This document shows, in pieces, positions 18,001 through 26,500 of a stretch of DNA of 64,000 nucleotides. Made by a program: the position numbers and the translations under genes. This stretch comes from a virus. Lineage: Duplodnaviria; Caudoviricetes. How positions within the stretch are numbered: position 1 is the stretch's first letter; every line of letters begins with the position of its first letter. The notes beneath the pieces are model-generated. The model was not told the DNA's origin. It worked only from the letters and a program-made list of their open reading frames with translations, and ran no database searches. Location: positions 3,716 through 67,715 of the IMG/VR virus record IMGVR_UViG_3300037423_000582. One strand, given 5' to 3'.

Positions 18001-21000
18001 CTTCTTGCCCAGCGCGCGCTGCACCGCGGACTTGCCGGCGGCGAGCGTCGCGGCGCGGCTGGAGATCGCGCCCTTGATCTCGGCTGGCAGGCGGCCGTCG
18101 AAATGCGTGTCCGGCTCGAAGTTATCGGCGTGCAGCAGGTTGCCTTCGGGCCCGGCTTCCATGTTGCGGCTCGCGGCGAAGCGGTTGCCCAGCGCGTCAC
18201 TGTGCTCGGCGGCGGCCAGATGGACCTGGGCGTCGGGCGCTATCTCGGTCGCGCCGCCCCAGCTGCCGCTCTCCATGCTGCGCAGGCTGGTGAAGTCGCC
18301 CTCGCTATCGCCGGCCTTGCGCACGGCATTCGACTTGTCGTGCAGCTCGCCGCCTTCACGCCGGCGTGCCAGCTGCTCCTCGGCGCGCTCGTAGTTCTTC
18401 ATCGCCTCGCTGTACTCGTGCTTCAGCACGTTCTCGCGCATCGACGGGGCGCGCAGCACGCGGCCGGTCTCGTCGCGCAGCGGGCCGCGCTTGTCGATCT
18501 CGGCCTTGAGCTTGTTGCTCACCGCGCCCAGGCGCTCGGCCGCCACGGCCAGCGCGTGCGAGCCGCCCGGCCGCTTCTTCATGCCGTCGACCAGCTCGTC
18601 GCCCGGATCGTTGTCGCGCAGTACGCGGCTGCTCAGCTTGGCATCGATGCTGCGCAGTTCCTCGGCGTCGCCCATCTTGACCGCCGCCTCGCGCGCGTCA
18701 TACAGGCCCTGCAGGCGGCGCATGCCCTCGTCGGGCTTCACGCTGCCGGCCTTCTGCACCTCGCCCCACGTGACCGGCTTGCCGTCGCGGTAGGCGATCA
18801 CGGTCTCGTCCGGCACATGCAGCGGCTCGTCCGTGCCCAGGTGGTCCGCCAGCGCGGCCAGCCCCTCGGAGAACTGGCGCTGCAGGCGGCGCATCGGGTT
18901 CACGTCGTGCTCGTCGCGCGCCAGCATGTGCTCGGGCGCGAACATCCTGGTCAGCTTGAGCGCGTCGATCTTGACGTTCTCGTTCTCGCCCACGCGCAGG
19001 TCAATGCGGCTGGGCGAGTCCGGGTACTTGTGGGTGTCGAGCTTGAGGCGGTCGACGTCGCGCCAGCCCAGCGCGCCATGGTTGGCGTCCTCGGCCAGCA
19101 CGGCCACGTGGTTGTCCGGGTCGCCCTTCGTCATCGCGCGCAGCTGCTCGTCGCTCATCAGGTTCTCGCGCGCGTACTGGCGCGCGGACACCGCGCGCAC
19201 GGCGCGATCCGGATAGTCGGCTTGCATCTTCTGCACAATACGCGCGTACGCCGACGCGTCGTTGCCGTACTTCTGGCGGTGCGCCGCGTCGGACAGCGTG
19301 AACGTTACCGGCTCGTCCTTGTTCGCGCTGTAGTAATCGCGGCGCGTGCCCAGATCGGACGTGATGCCGGCATCCTCGTGGTACGCGAGGCCGTCCTCGC
19401 CCGGCGGGGCGTATTCGATGTCGTCCGGGTTCAGTTCGTCGGGACTGGCGCGGCGCTCCTCGGCGTGCAGCGCGTCCTGTGCGCGCTCGGTCTCCAGGCC
19501 CAGCTTGGCGGTCTCCAGCAGGTCGTCGGTATGGTCGCCGAAGTGCTCGCGCAGCGCGGACTCGATCTGGCGGCTCATGGCGATGCGCTGCTCGGGCGTC
19601 TTACCGTCGAGCGTAGCGCCGGACACGTATTCCTGCAGGTGCTTGGCCATCTGGTCGATCTGGTCCGGCGTCGCGCTGGCCTTGAGTTTGTCCGGCAGCG
19701 CCTCGCGGATCTTGTCGGTCAGCTTGGCCTGCGTGCTCATGCTGCCGTCGAGCTTGTTCACGGCGCGGAAGTAGTTGTTCGTCGCGTCCTTGTCGGCGTC
19801 GCCCAGCACGCGCTCGTGCAGCTGGGTCAGCACGTTCGTGGTGTCGGCGCCGAACAGCTTCTGTAGGTGGCCCGCCACGTCCGGGTCGACCGTGCCGGTC
19901 TTCTGCATATGGTCCATCACGCGGCGCAGGCCGGTCGTCACGGACTGCAGCGCGGTGTCGTTCAGCTGCGGGAACTGCTTTCCGATGTGCGGCGCCACCA
20001 CGTCGGCGATCGCCCGGTCGGCGCCATCGGCCACCTCGGACTTGAGGGGAGTGCCTTCGCCCGTGTCCTCGGTGCGCTTCTTCGACGCGGCGTTGAAGAA
20101 GTCCTCGGTCAACTTGCCCAGCTTGGCCGTGCCCTCCTGGGCCAGCTTCACGCCCGCCACGATGGCCTGATTGGTGCGGTCGGACAGGTCGTTCGCGGCC
20201 TGGGCCAGCTTGGCGCGGTTTTCCTCGGACAGCGCGCCGTCCTTCATCAGCTCGTCGACCCAGCCCTTCGTCGTTTCGACGCGGGCGTCGTCCGCCGCGC
20301 GCAGCATCTCGCCCTGCTTCTCGGGCGGCGCGGCGCGCAGTGCGTCGACGTCGATCACGTCCTTGCCCGCCGCGATCTTCTCGGCCGCGTCGTCACCACG
20401 CACGAACGTGTTGCGGATGCGGTCGACGAGGGATGCCGGGGGCGCGGTGGGTGCCTCGGCAGTCGGCGCGGGTGCGGGTGCTTCTTCCTTTATCGGACGC
20501 CCGGCCGGTGCCTCGGCCTTGCCGTGCAGTGCGTGCCCCACGAGGCCGACGCCCGCGAACGGGACGCCCAGCGCGCCACCGGCCACGGCCGCATCCAGCA
20601 TGCGCGTGTCGTCATTACTGGTATCGCGGTTCGGGTTCAGGTGGTCCTCGGCCGTCGTACTGATCTTCTCGGCCGCTGCGCCCGCTAGCGCGTTGCCGCC
20701 GACGCCTTCGGCTAGGATGCCGGCCTTCGACGCGGCGCCGACGCCTGCACCCAGCAGCTTGCCGCCCATCAGTTGCGGCACGGCGTTCATGGCCAGCGCG
20801 CGGCCCGTACCTTCGAGCGCGGCGGTGCCCAGGCGGTCGACCGCGCTGTTGTTCGCCATCACGGCTGGGTCAGCCTGCTGGCGCTGCAGCGCGCCGCCGG
20901 TCTCGAACGGGGCGACCGCCGCGGTGCCCGCCAACAGCGGTGAGACCGCGCCCCTCGTCAGCGCGGCCGCGCCCGCCGCACCCAGTCCGAGGCCGACCAG

Positions 21001-21327
21001 TGGCACGGCTTGGCCGGCGAGGCCCGCCACGTAGCTGCCCGCGTTGCGCAGGCCCGTGGACAGGTCCGGCGCCTGCGTCACCTGCCGCCAGTCCGTCACG
21101 GCCGGCGCCTGCGTCGCCGCCAGTTCCTCGGCCGCCTTGGCCTGGGCGTACTGCTGCTGGGCGAAGTCCTGTGCGCCCAGCGCCTCGCTGACGCCGCCGG
21201 CCAGCGCGTGGAGCTGGCCACCGGCCGCCGTCATGCCTTGGCGCAGGCCGCGCGAAAAGCTGTTGCCACCTTCGTCTGCCACGGCCGGCGCGGCCGGGGT
21301 CATGAGTGCGTCGGTCAGGTTTCGCAT
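15070..21327 (-). CDS. giant internal virion (ejection) protein with a zincin-like HExxH motif
   Basis: About 2085-aa ORF ending the structural block; Gly/Ala hydrophobic N-terminus; YHEALH at 17407-17424 followed by ERAAYMF. Start 21330 or 21327. Confidence 0.75.
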   Translation of the reverse strand: MRNLTDALMTPAAPAVADEGGNSFSRGLRQGMTAAGGQLHALAGGVSEALGAQDFAQQQYAQAKAAEELAATQAPAVTDWRQVTQAPDLSTGLRNAGSYVAGLAGQAVPLVGLGLGAAGAAALTRGAVSPLLAGTAAVAPFETGGALQRQQADPAVMANNSAVDRLGTAALEGTGRALAMNAVPQLMGGKLLGAGVGAASKAGILAEGVGGNALAGAAAEKISTTAEDHLNPNRDTSNDDTRMLDAAVAGGALGVPFAGVGLVGHALHGKAEAPAGRPIKEEAPAPAPTAEAPTAPPASLVDRIRNTFVRGDDAAEKIAAGKDVIDVDALRAAPPEKQGEMLRAADDARVETTKGWVDELMKDGALSEENRAKLAQAANDLSDRTNQAIVAGVKLAQEGTAKLGKLTEDFFNAASKKRTEDTGEGTPLKSEVADGADRAIADVVAPHIGKQFPQLNDTALQSVTTGLRRVMDHMQKTGTVDPDVAGHLQKLFGADTTNVLTQLHERVLGDADKDATNNYFRAVNKLDGSMSTQAKLTDKIREALPDKLKASATPDQIDQMAKHLQEYVSGATLDGKTPEQRIAMSRQIESALREHFGDHTDDLLETAKLGLETERAQDALHAEERRASPDELNPDDIEYAPPGEDGLAYHEDAGITSDLGTRRDYYSANKDEPVTFTLSDAAHRQKYGNDASAYARIVQKMQADYPDRAVRAVSARQYARENLMSDEQLRAMTKGDPDNHVAVLAEDANHGALGWRDVDRLKLDTHKYPDSPSRIDLRVGENENVKIDALKLTRMFAPEHMLARDEHDVNPMRRLQRQFSEGLAALADHLGTDEPLHVPDETVIAYRDGKPVTWGEVQKAGSVKPDEGMRRLQGLYDAREAAVKMGDAEELRSIDAKLSSRVLRDNDPGDELVDGMKKRPGGSHALAVAAERLGAVSNKLKAEIDKRGPLRDETGRVLRAPSMRENVLKHEYSEAMKNYERAEEQLARRREGGELHDKSNAVRKAGDSEGDFTSLRSMESGSWGGATEIAPDAQVHLAAAEHSDALGNRFAASRNMEAGPEGNLLHADNFEPDTHFDGRLPAEIKGAISSRAATLAAGKSAVQRALGKKVQHLLGVIDQMRIGDQAELAAIVKDKDTASVSSTINDLYRKYGSLTPEQPKSNFVNRVVGKGDVNDVIRAMKVSDDTRGLQRAVDALLPHQHDTSARAVLEVANERLGKLIEAHPDIAYSMQRMHPGNSTTSGARLPVKEYIEKVLGKTVDVEFAKLLHAGEFLNDPTRTVRGLNADVIRVSTHSLDPMSVGYHEALHAFFAKLHDTGLLDDAHPLEKAASSPRVVKQLKDLLAGEPDALKQLDDPHERAAYMFQFWAAGKLKLQPRPDGILGHVADFFRKTLGIWTNDARAEHIMQYFHSGEYGKEMRNRSAVARVLAEGSNAHVEKFKDMVAPLGKLATAVAATGDARLRSTGVDALGKLADKVYAPLHGEHGDDPGYLPAARAKRGEFMNRLGTELGQHDAGIVSDALESLQRGLKGATPAERRAVASIRKVLDDSFLYMRDAGVDIAPLGFGKDYFPRVWDANTILRNKDEFRDMLQKYVSTGQFKGSVDQVIATLTRTDGSDLQVETIRPGMQSSKERVLQFIEHRDAAPFLNKNLYETLNSYITQATRRAEWARRFKDDSSELHRLMSEAEKQGATKDQLQLASDYLQGVDGTLGDSIDPKLRRAFGNAIVYQNLRLLPLAIFSSVIDPMGILVRGGSMRDTFAAMKRGFAEMPKNFRKDAKSDSWTDLAAQLGVIDNAVLMHNLGTSFSQGMTSTWGRKLNDTFFKYNLMEQYNTSMRVAATQAAVGFLARHADGTASTHSPRWLAELGFKPNEIRVKNGQPLMTAREFEAADMAPDKAQAAADKMTLAINKWVDGAILRPNAAHKPIWMNDPHFALLAHLKQFVYSFQETILKRVANEVRFGNIGPAYALAGYVPFMLAADTIKGMLVGGGDQPDWKKGWDASDYLFYEVQRAGLFGVGQFGVDAAKDVYRGGLGVGALVGPTIEQLGEAARTVGGAEQFKTFALNAMPANALFDAAGNASAATNAVD

Positions 21328-23291
21328 CACTGTGCCTTCAGGTTGTCATAGATGTCGGTCGGCTGGCCGCCGATGCGGTCGGCTCCCACTTTGTTCAGGT
21401 AGCGCGCCGGGATCACGCGGCCCTTCGCGGCGCCGCGTGGGATCACGTAGTCGCCCGAGCTGTTCTTCTGCAGGCCAATGAGGTCGTGCGGCATGACCTC
21501 GCCGATGACGTCGGGCTTCCACGGCAGGATGTTCGAGGCGTCGGCATTGACCTTGGAGGCCAGATCCGCACCAGCGATCAGACGCTCGCGATCCGGCTTG
21601 GACAGGTCCTTGATGCTGTCGACACCCAGCGCGGCGGCGCTGCGCTGGATGCCAACCAGCGCGGCGTTCTTGGCCGCCACGTCGACCTGCGGTGCGCCAT
21701 TCTTGTCGACGCCCGTGGTGAAGCGTGCAGTCAGCGCGTCGTCCAGGTGCTTCTCGGCCGCCTCACCCTGCGTGAACTGGTCGTTCGTCACGTTGCGCTG
21801 GTATTCGCGGTTGACGTTGCCCTGCTCGCGCATGGCATTGTACATGCCGAGCTGGTTCGTCGCGCGCTGGCCGGCGAGCGTGAAGTCCTGGCCACGCATC
21901 GTCACATTGGCTTGCTGGTCATTCTGGCGGTCGCCCGACTTGGTGCGGATCAGGTTGTCGCGCGCGTTGCTGGCAGCCTGGATCGCGGCCGGCGAACCGG
22001 ATCGCTCTGCGGCCTGCAGCTCGTCGGTCAGTCGCATTACGTCCGGGTCCTGCATGATGAGGTTCTGTGCGTGCTGGCGCGCTGCCTGCTCGCGGTAGGA
22101 CTGGTCGGCGGCTTCCAGCTGCGCAGTACGCTGGGCCATGTGCTGGTCGGTATAGCGCTGCAGGTCTGCCGATGCAGGCGCGGTGTTGGCCAGCACGCGG
22201 GTATCGCCCGGTCCCACGCGCATACCGACGCTGTCGGCGCCAACCTGCTTCATGCGATCGTTGAATGCGGCCACATCGGCTGGAACGATCGGTGCGACCG
22301 GCGTGGTCGCTGCGCCCGGCGCCTTCACGACCGGCGCGGTAGGCGCGGCCGGGTGCTCCCCTCTCCATTTTGCGGCAATCGTATCGAACGCCGTGGCATT
22401 CGGATTGAACCCGCGCTTACGCAGGCCGACGTCCGTATCCTCGAAATAATCTGGCGAGCCACCCAGCTTCTCATTCACCCAGTTGGCGCCGCGACGGATA
22501 CTGTCGGCCAGATGGTCGGCCGCCAAATCACCTGCCTGCTGGCCGAAGTAGGCGCCGGCTGCGCCGCCGGCGATCGTGCCTGCGACTGGTACGGCCGAAC
22601 CTGCAGTAGCACCAATCGAACCCAGCGTCAAACCGCCCACCGTACCGGCTGCACTGCGCATCGTGTCACGCGCGAACAACTGCGCCTTGAATGCAGCGTC
22701 ATCGTCGTAGTTACCTTTGAAAGCATCCCAGTGCGACACGAATGGCAAGGCGGCCATGATGCCATTGGCTGCACCGCTGCGAAGGGTCGGTAACTCGGCG
22801 CCCGTCGCGCGCACTGCCTTACCGGCTGCTCGCCCCCATGCTTCCGGCCCGGTCGGGCTGGAAGGTGGCGCACCGCTGCCGCCTGCACGGGCTGCATTGA
22901 ACGCGGCACGCTCGGCGCTCATACCGCCGGCCGGCACATTCGGGTTGGCGCCCACGCCCGGCGCGGGCTGGAACGGTGGCGGGTTCACGGTGCCTGCCGT
23001 GTGCACGTCGGACAGCGTCGGGATCGGCGGCTCGGGCTGGAACGGGCCGGCCACACCAGGACGGATCTCATCCGTCAGGGTCGGGATCGGTGGCTGCGGC
23101 GCCACGGGCGCGCGCATGGTGACTTGGGCGCGGTCGGCCAGCGACGGGTCGATCTGTGGCAGCGGCGTGGTGCCAGCGGCGGCAGCGGCGGGCTGGGGTG
23201 CGCCCACGCCCGGCATGCGCAGGCCGCGCGCGGCGGCCGTGACCTTGTCGACTGCCGTGCTGGCTGCGTTGCGGAGGGAGTTGAAGTCCAT
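21327..23291 (-). CDS. putative internal virion/ejection protein
   Basis: 654 aa; Pro-rich PPIPTL repeats; Gly-zipper GTVGGLTLGSIGATAG...AGGAAGAYFG; position before the giant gene. Confidence 0.6.
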   Translation of the reverse strand: MDFNSLRNAASTAVDKVTAAARGLRMPGVGAPQPAAAAAGTTPLPQIDPSLADRAQVTMRAPVAPQPPIPTLTDEIRPGVAGPFQPEPPIPTLSDVHTAGTVNPPPFQPAPGVGANPNVPAGGMSAERAAFNAARAGGSGAPPSSPTGPEAWGRAAGKAVRATGAELPTLRSGAANGIMAALPFVSHWDAFKGNYDDDAAFKAQLFARDTMRSAAGTVGGLTLGSIGATAGSAVPVAGTIAGGAAGAYFGQQAGDLAADHLADSIRRGANWVNEKLGGSPDYFEDTDVGLRKRGFNPNATAFDTIAAKWRGEHPAAPTAPVVKAPGAATTPVAPIVPADVAAFNDRMKQVGADSVGMRVGPGDTRVLANTAPASADLQRYTDQHMAQRTAQLEAADQSYREQAARQHAQNLIMQDPDVMRLTDELQAAERSGSPAAIQAASNARDNLIRTKSGDRQNDQQANVTMRGQDFTLAGQRATNQLGMYNAMREQGNVNREYQRNVTNDQFTQGEAAEKHLDDALTARFTTGVDKNGAPQVDVAAKNAALVGIQRSAAALGVDSIKDLSKPDRERLIAGADLASKVNADASNILPWKPDVIGEVMPHDLIGLQKNSSGDYVIPRGAAKGRVIPARYLNKVGADRIGGQPTDIYDNLKAQ

Positions 23292-23306
23292 GTCGTTCTC
23301 TCTTTA

Positions 23307-25289
23307 TCAGGCGGTGTGGCTGGTGCTGTCGGTGGTGGTATAGGTGTTGCTGATCGAGCCGGACTGGCTGTAGTTGAAAGCCACGTTGCGGCCATACGAG
23401 TTCGACAGGGTGGAAGACATCGACGCCGAGATCGAGCCGGTCAGGTTGACAGCGGACAGTGCGGAAGCGGCCATCTGCGCAGCTGTCTGGGAGCCGGCCT
23501 TGGTCGCCTCGATCAGCATGCCGGCCTTCTGTATCATGGCCGACAGGTTCGCCTGCGACGTCTGGATCAGGTTGTCGGCGACGGCACGCTGGTAGTTCAC
23601 CTCGGCGTTGTACGCACCGGTCTCGGCGCTCATGCGGCCGGTCTGCCCCTCGATCTGCGCGCTGTACAACTGGACCGTCTTGCCGAACACGTCGGCGGTC
23701 GAGTTCATGCGCGCCGCTTCCGCATCGTTCAGGGTCTTGAACACGTCCGAGCGCAGGCGGAACAGGTCCATCGGCACGTCGCGGCCGATCTTGATCTCCA
23801 TGTTCTTCGCCTCGACCTTGGCCTCGACCAGCGCGCGGAAGCCCTGCACCTGGGCGGCGTAGGCGTCGGACTGGGCGCGGAAGCCCTCGACCTTGGCCAC
23901 CTCGGCCTTCACGCGCGTGGCGTAGCCGTCGTACTCCGCGGCCTTGGCCTGCACGGTCTTGCCGTAGGCGTCGACCTGGGCACCGAACGCTTCGATCTGG
24001 GTCTTGTTGATCTGCGCCTGTGCGTTGGCGGCATCGACCTGCACGCGGTAGGTGTCGATCACGGTCTTGGCCGCCTCGACGCGCGCCTTGTAGATGTCGA
24101 TGTTCTGCTGGTTGAGCTGGCCGATCAGGGTCTGAGCCTGCACCTGCGTGCGGAAGTTCTCAAGCTTGGTCAGCTCGGCCTGGGTCGCGGCCTTCCACTG
24201 CTCGACCTTGGCAGCGTACGCCTGGATGTCGGCGACGTAGCGCTGCACGGTGGTCTGGTAGATCTGGATCGCCGTCTCCTGTGCGAAGCGCGCGGCATCG
24301 TATGCGCGCTGGGCGAGCTGGTTGGCGTAGGTGATCATGGTCGACTCGACCTTGAACGCCTCGTCGAATGCGAAGCGGCGGTTCTCCTGCTCCAGCTCGG
24401 CCTGCTTGATGGCGATGTCGCGGTTCGCCGTGCTGATCGCCGCCGCCGCATCCTGCGTGGCCTTGGCCAGTTCCTGTACCAGCATGCCGCTCGGCTTGGC
24501 GAAGCCGCGCCGCGCGAACACGTTCATGGCGTCCTTGGCGGCGCGGCCGGCGTTGATAGTCTCGCGCGAGCGGGCACGGTCCCAGATGGCCGCCTCGACG
24601 GTCGGGGTCAAGCCGGTACCGCCGTTGTTGACCATGTCGAGCAGGCGCGCACGCAGCGCGTCGAGCAGGCTGGAGGCATAGGTCGGCTCGACGAACGCGA
24701 ACGTGTTCCGGGCCGCGTCGGGCGTGCCCGGCAGGATCGGCGAGAAGTTCGGGATCGACAGCAGCGGCGTGTCCGGCACCGTGATGTTCAGCAGGGTCGG
24801 TACGGTCGGCAGCGTGACGGTCGGTGTTGCAGGAAGTGCAACAGTTCCCAGCGTCGGCGCGGCCGGCGCGGCGGTGCTGAGCGCGGCCGGCGCGGCGATG
24901 TCCAGGTTGATCGCTGGCAGGTTCGCCGTGAAGGTCGGCGCCGTGCCCACGTCCAGCGCGGCGATCGAGGCCATCGTCGGCTCGACAGGGGCCGCAGGAA
25001 CGACGTAGGTGAGGTTTGCGGGCACGGATGGGGCCGCAGGGGGCGCGAACGCGCCGATCGTCCTGGTGACGCCGGAAATGGCCCCGGAAACGCTCGGCAG
25101 GGTCGCCAGCGTCGTCGCATTGGTCTTGAGGCTGTCCAGCAGGGCGTTCGCCTTGTCGACGGCGTTGCTGGCGTAGTTCGTGGCGTTGGTCCAGCCGTTC
25201 GACACGAGGTCGCCCGCCCGCGAGCTGGAAGTCAGGTCTACGTTCGCGGGCGGGTCCGGATAGGACAGGGAGGTGATCGGCAGGGACAT
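23307..25289 (-). CDS. virion structural protein (Pro-rich N-terminus, long coiled coil)
   Basis: 660 aa; AAGGA SD; structural-block position. Confidence 0.6.
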   Translation of the reverse strand: MSLPITSLSYPDPPANVDLTSSSRAGDLVSNGWTNATNYASNAVDKANALLDSLKTNATTLATLPSVSGAISGVTRTIGAFAPPAAPSVPANLTYVVPAAPVEPTMASIAALDVGTAPTFTANLPAINLDIAAPAALSTAAPAAPTLGTVALPATPTVTLPTVPTLLNITVPDTPLLSIPNFSPILPGTPDAARNTFAFVEPTYASSLLDALRARLLDMVNNGGTGLTPTVEAAIWDRARSRETINAGRAAKDAMNVFARRGFAKPSGMLVQELAKATQDAAAAISTANRDIAIKQAELEQENRRFAFDEAFKVESTMITYANQLAQRAYDAARFAQETAIQIYQTTVQRYVADIQAYAAKVEQWKAATQAELTKLENFRTQVQAQTLIGQLNQQNIDIYKARVEAAKTVIDTYRVQVDAANAQAQINKTQIEAFGAQVDAYGKTVQAKAAEYDGYATRVKAEVAKVEGFRAQSDAYAAQVQGFRALVEAKVEAKNMEIKIGRDVPMDLFRLRSDVFKTLNDAEAARMNSTADVFGKTVQLYSAQIEGQTGRMSAETGAYNAEVNYQRAVADNLIQTSQANLSAMIQKAGMLIEATKAGSQTAAQMAASALSAVNLTGSISASMSSTLSNSYGRNVAFNYSQSGSISNTYTTTDSTSHTA

Positions 25290-25324
25290 GATGTTCCTTT
25301 ATCAGATGCAGCAGTTTAGAGTTT

Positions 25325-26500
25325 CTACCCGGAAAATACAAACGTCTGGGTCGTGACCACGTCCTGGGGCGGCTGCTCTGCCATCGCGGGCGTGACATGG
25401 ACGACGCAGAAGGGCACGGCATCATTCGGCGCGGCGCGGGCCAGCCCGACGTTGCCGCGCCACTGTTTGGTCTGCCCACTGATCGTGTAGCTGCCGTTCA
25501 GGCTCACCACGACCTTGCCGTCGGGCGAGGTCAGGCCCATCCGGGACGGCGCGGTGGCGTTTGACCAGTTCGTGTTCGCCTTGCCGTTCCAGCTGAAACC
25601 ACCGCCGGTGTTGAGGGTGCCCTTGACGGTGTTGCCATCACTGGTGACGGTGATCGCCTTGCTGGGGTAGGTGCCGCCCGAGGTATAGGACGGCAGCTGC
25701 GGCTGGTCGGTGCGGCTGGCCCATTTCGCCGCCCGTGTAACCCAGCCGATGGCCGGCGTCACGCCTGTGAACGGGTTGGTTAGCGCCGTGTTCGGGTTGC
25801 TGTCGTACTGCTCCAGGGAGCCGCACAGCACATGGCCATCGGGCGACATGCCGATGACCACGGCATTGCGGCGCTGGAGCGCCCAGTTGCCACCATTGTC
25901 CATCTGGGTATAGCCGTTGTAGTCGTCCCATACGAATGCGTCGCCGCCCTGCGTGCCGCCGCCGATGATCACGGATGGGCCGGTGGGCTTCAGGCCGCCG
26001 GGGATCGTCGTGTGCACCGAGATACTTACTGCCACGGAGGAACCAACAGTTACGAAGTCATGCATGGTGCCATCGACATCGACCGATGCGCCGCCGGTCG
26101 GCGTGGTGCTGGTTGACCACGTGGGCGACGGGACGTGCGCGGACGATGGCGCCGAACTCGGCTCGCGTGTCGTGACCGTGAGCCGTACGCTGCTCTTGAG
26201 CGTGATGGTGTCGGCCAGGGTGGCAAAACCCTTATAGTGCTGCACGCTGTCGGTGAGATCCTGCAGCGCGTCGCGCTCCTGTTGTGGGACGCTGGCCGGT
26301 ACGTCGATATGGATATCGTGGTGGCCGAACATGGACGACACGGTGATCGTGACGCCGTTCGGCAGGCCCACGCTGCGCGACAACACCTGCAGGTTGTTCA
26401 GCCGCATGGCCAGCAGCATCTGGTCCAGCAGGTTGCGCCCGATGCCGAGATAGTCGAAAGCGGCTTCGCGATCACCGCTGAACCGTTTACGCTCGGCCAT
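25325..26500 (-). CDS. putative tail-associated protein
   Basis: Start MAERKRF overlaps the upstream stop; Thr/Gly-rich beta-type C-terminal half. Confidence 0.55.
   Translation of the reverse strand: MAERKRFSGDREAAFDYLGIGRNLLDQMLLAMRLNNLQVLSRSVGLPNGVTITVSSMFGHHDIHIDVPASVPQQERDALQDLTDSVQHYKGFATLADTITLKSSVRLTVTTREPSSAPSSAHVPSPTWSTSTTPTGGASVDVDGTMHDFVTVGSSVAVSISVHTTIPGGLKPTGPSVIIGGGTQGGDAFVWDDYNGYTQMDNGGNWALQRRNAVVIGMSPDGHVLCGSLEQYDSNPNTALTNPFTGVTPAIGWVTRAAKWASRTDQPQLPSYTSGGTYPSKAITVTSDGNTVKGTLNTGGGFSWNGKANTNWSNATAPSRMGLTSPDGKVVVSLNGSYTISGQTKQWRGNVGLARAAPNDAVPFCVVHVTPAMAEQPPQDVVTTQTFVFSG

Noticed and set aside
15070-21327. Possible N4-type virion RNA polymerase or DarB-like antirestriction protein
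   Set aside because: No T7-like polymerase motifs, methyltransferase motifs or helicase Walker motifs were recognised, and it is much shorter than N4 vRNAP.
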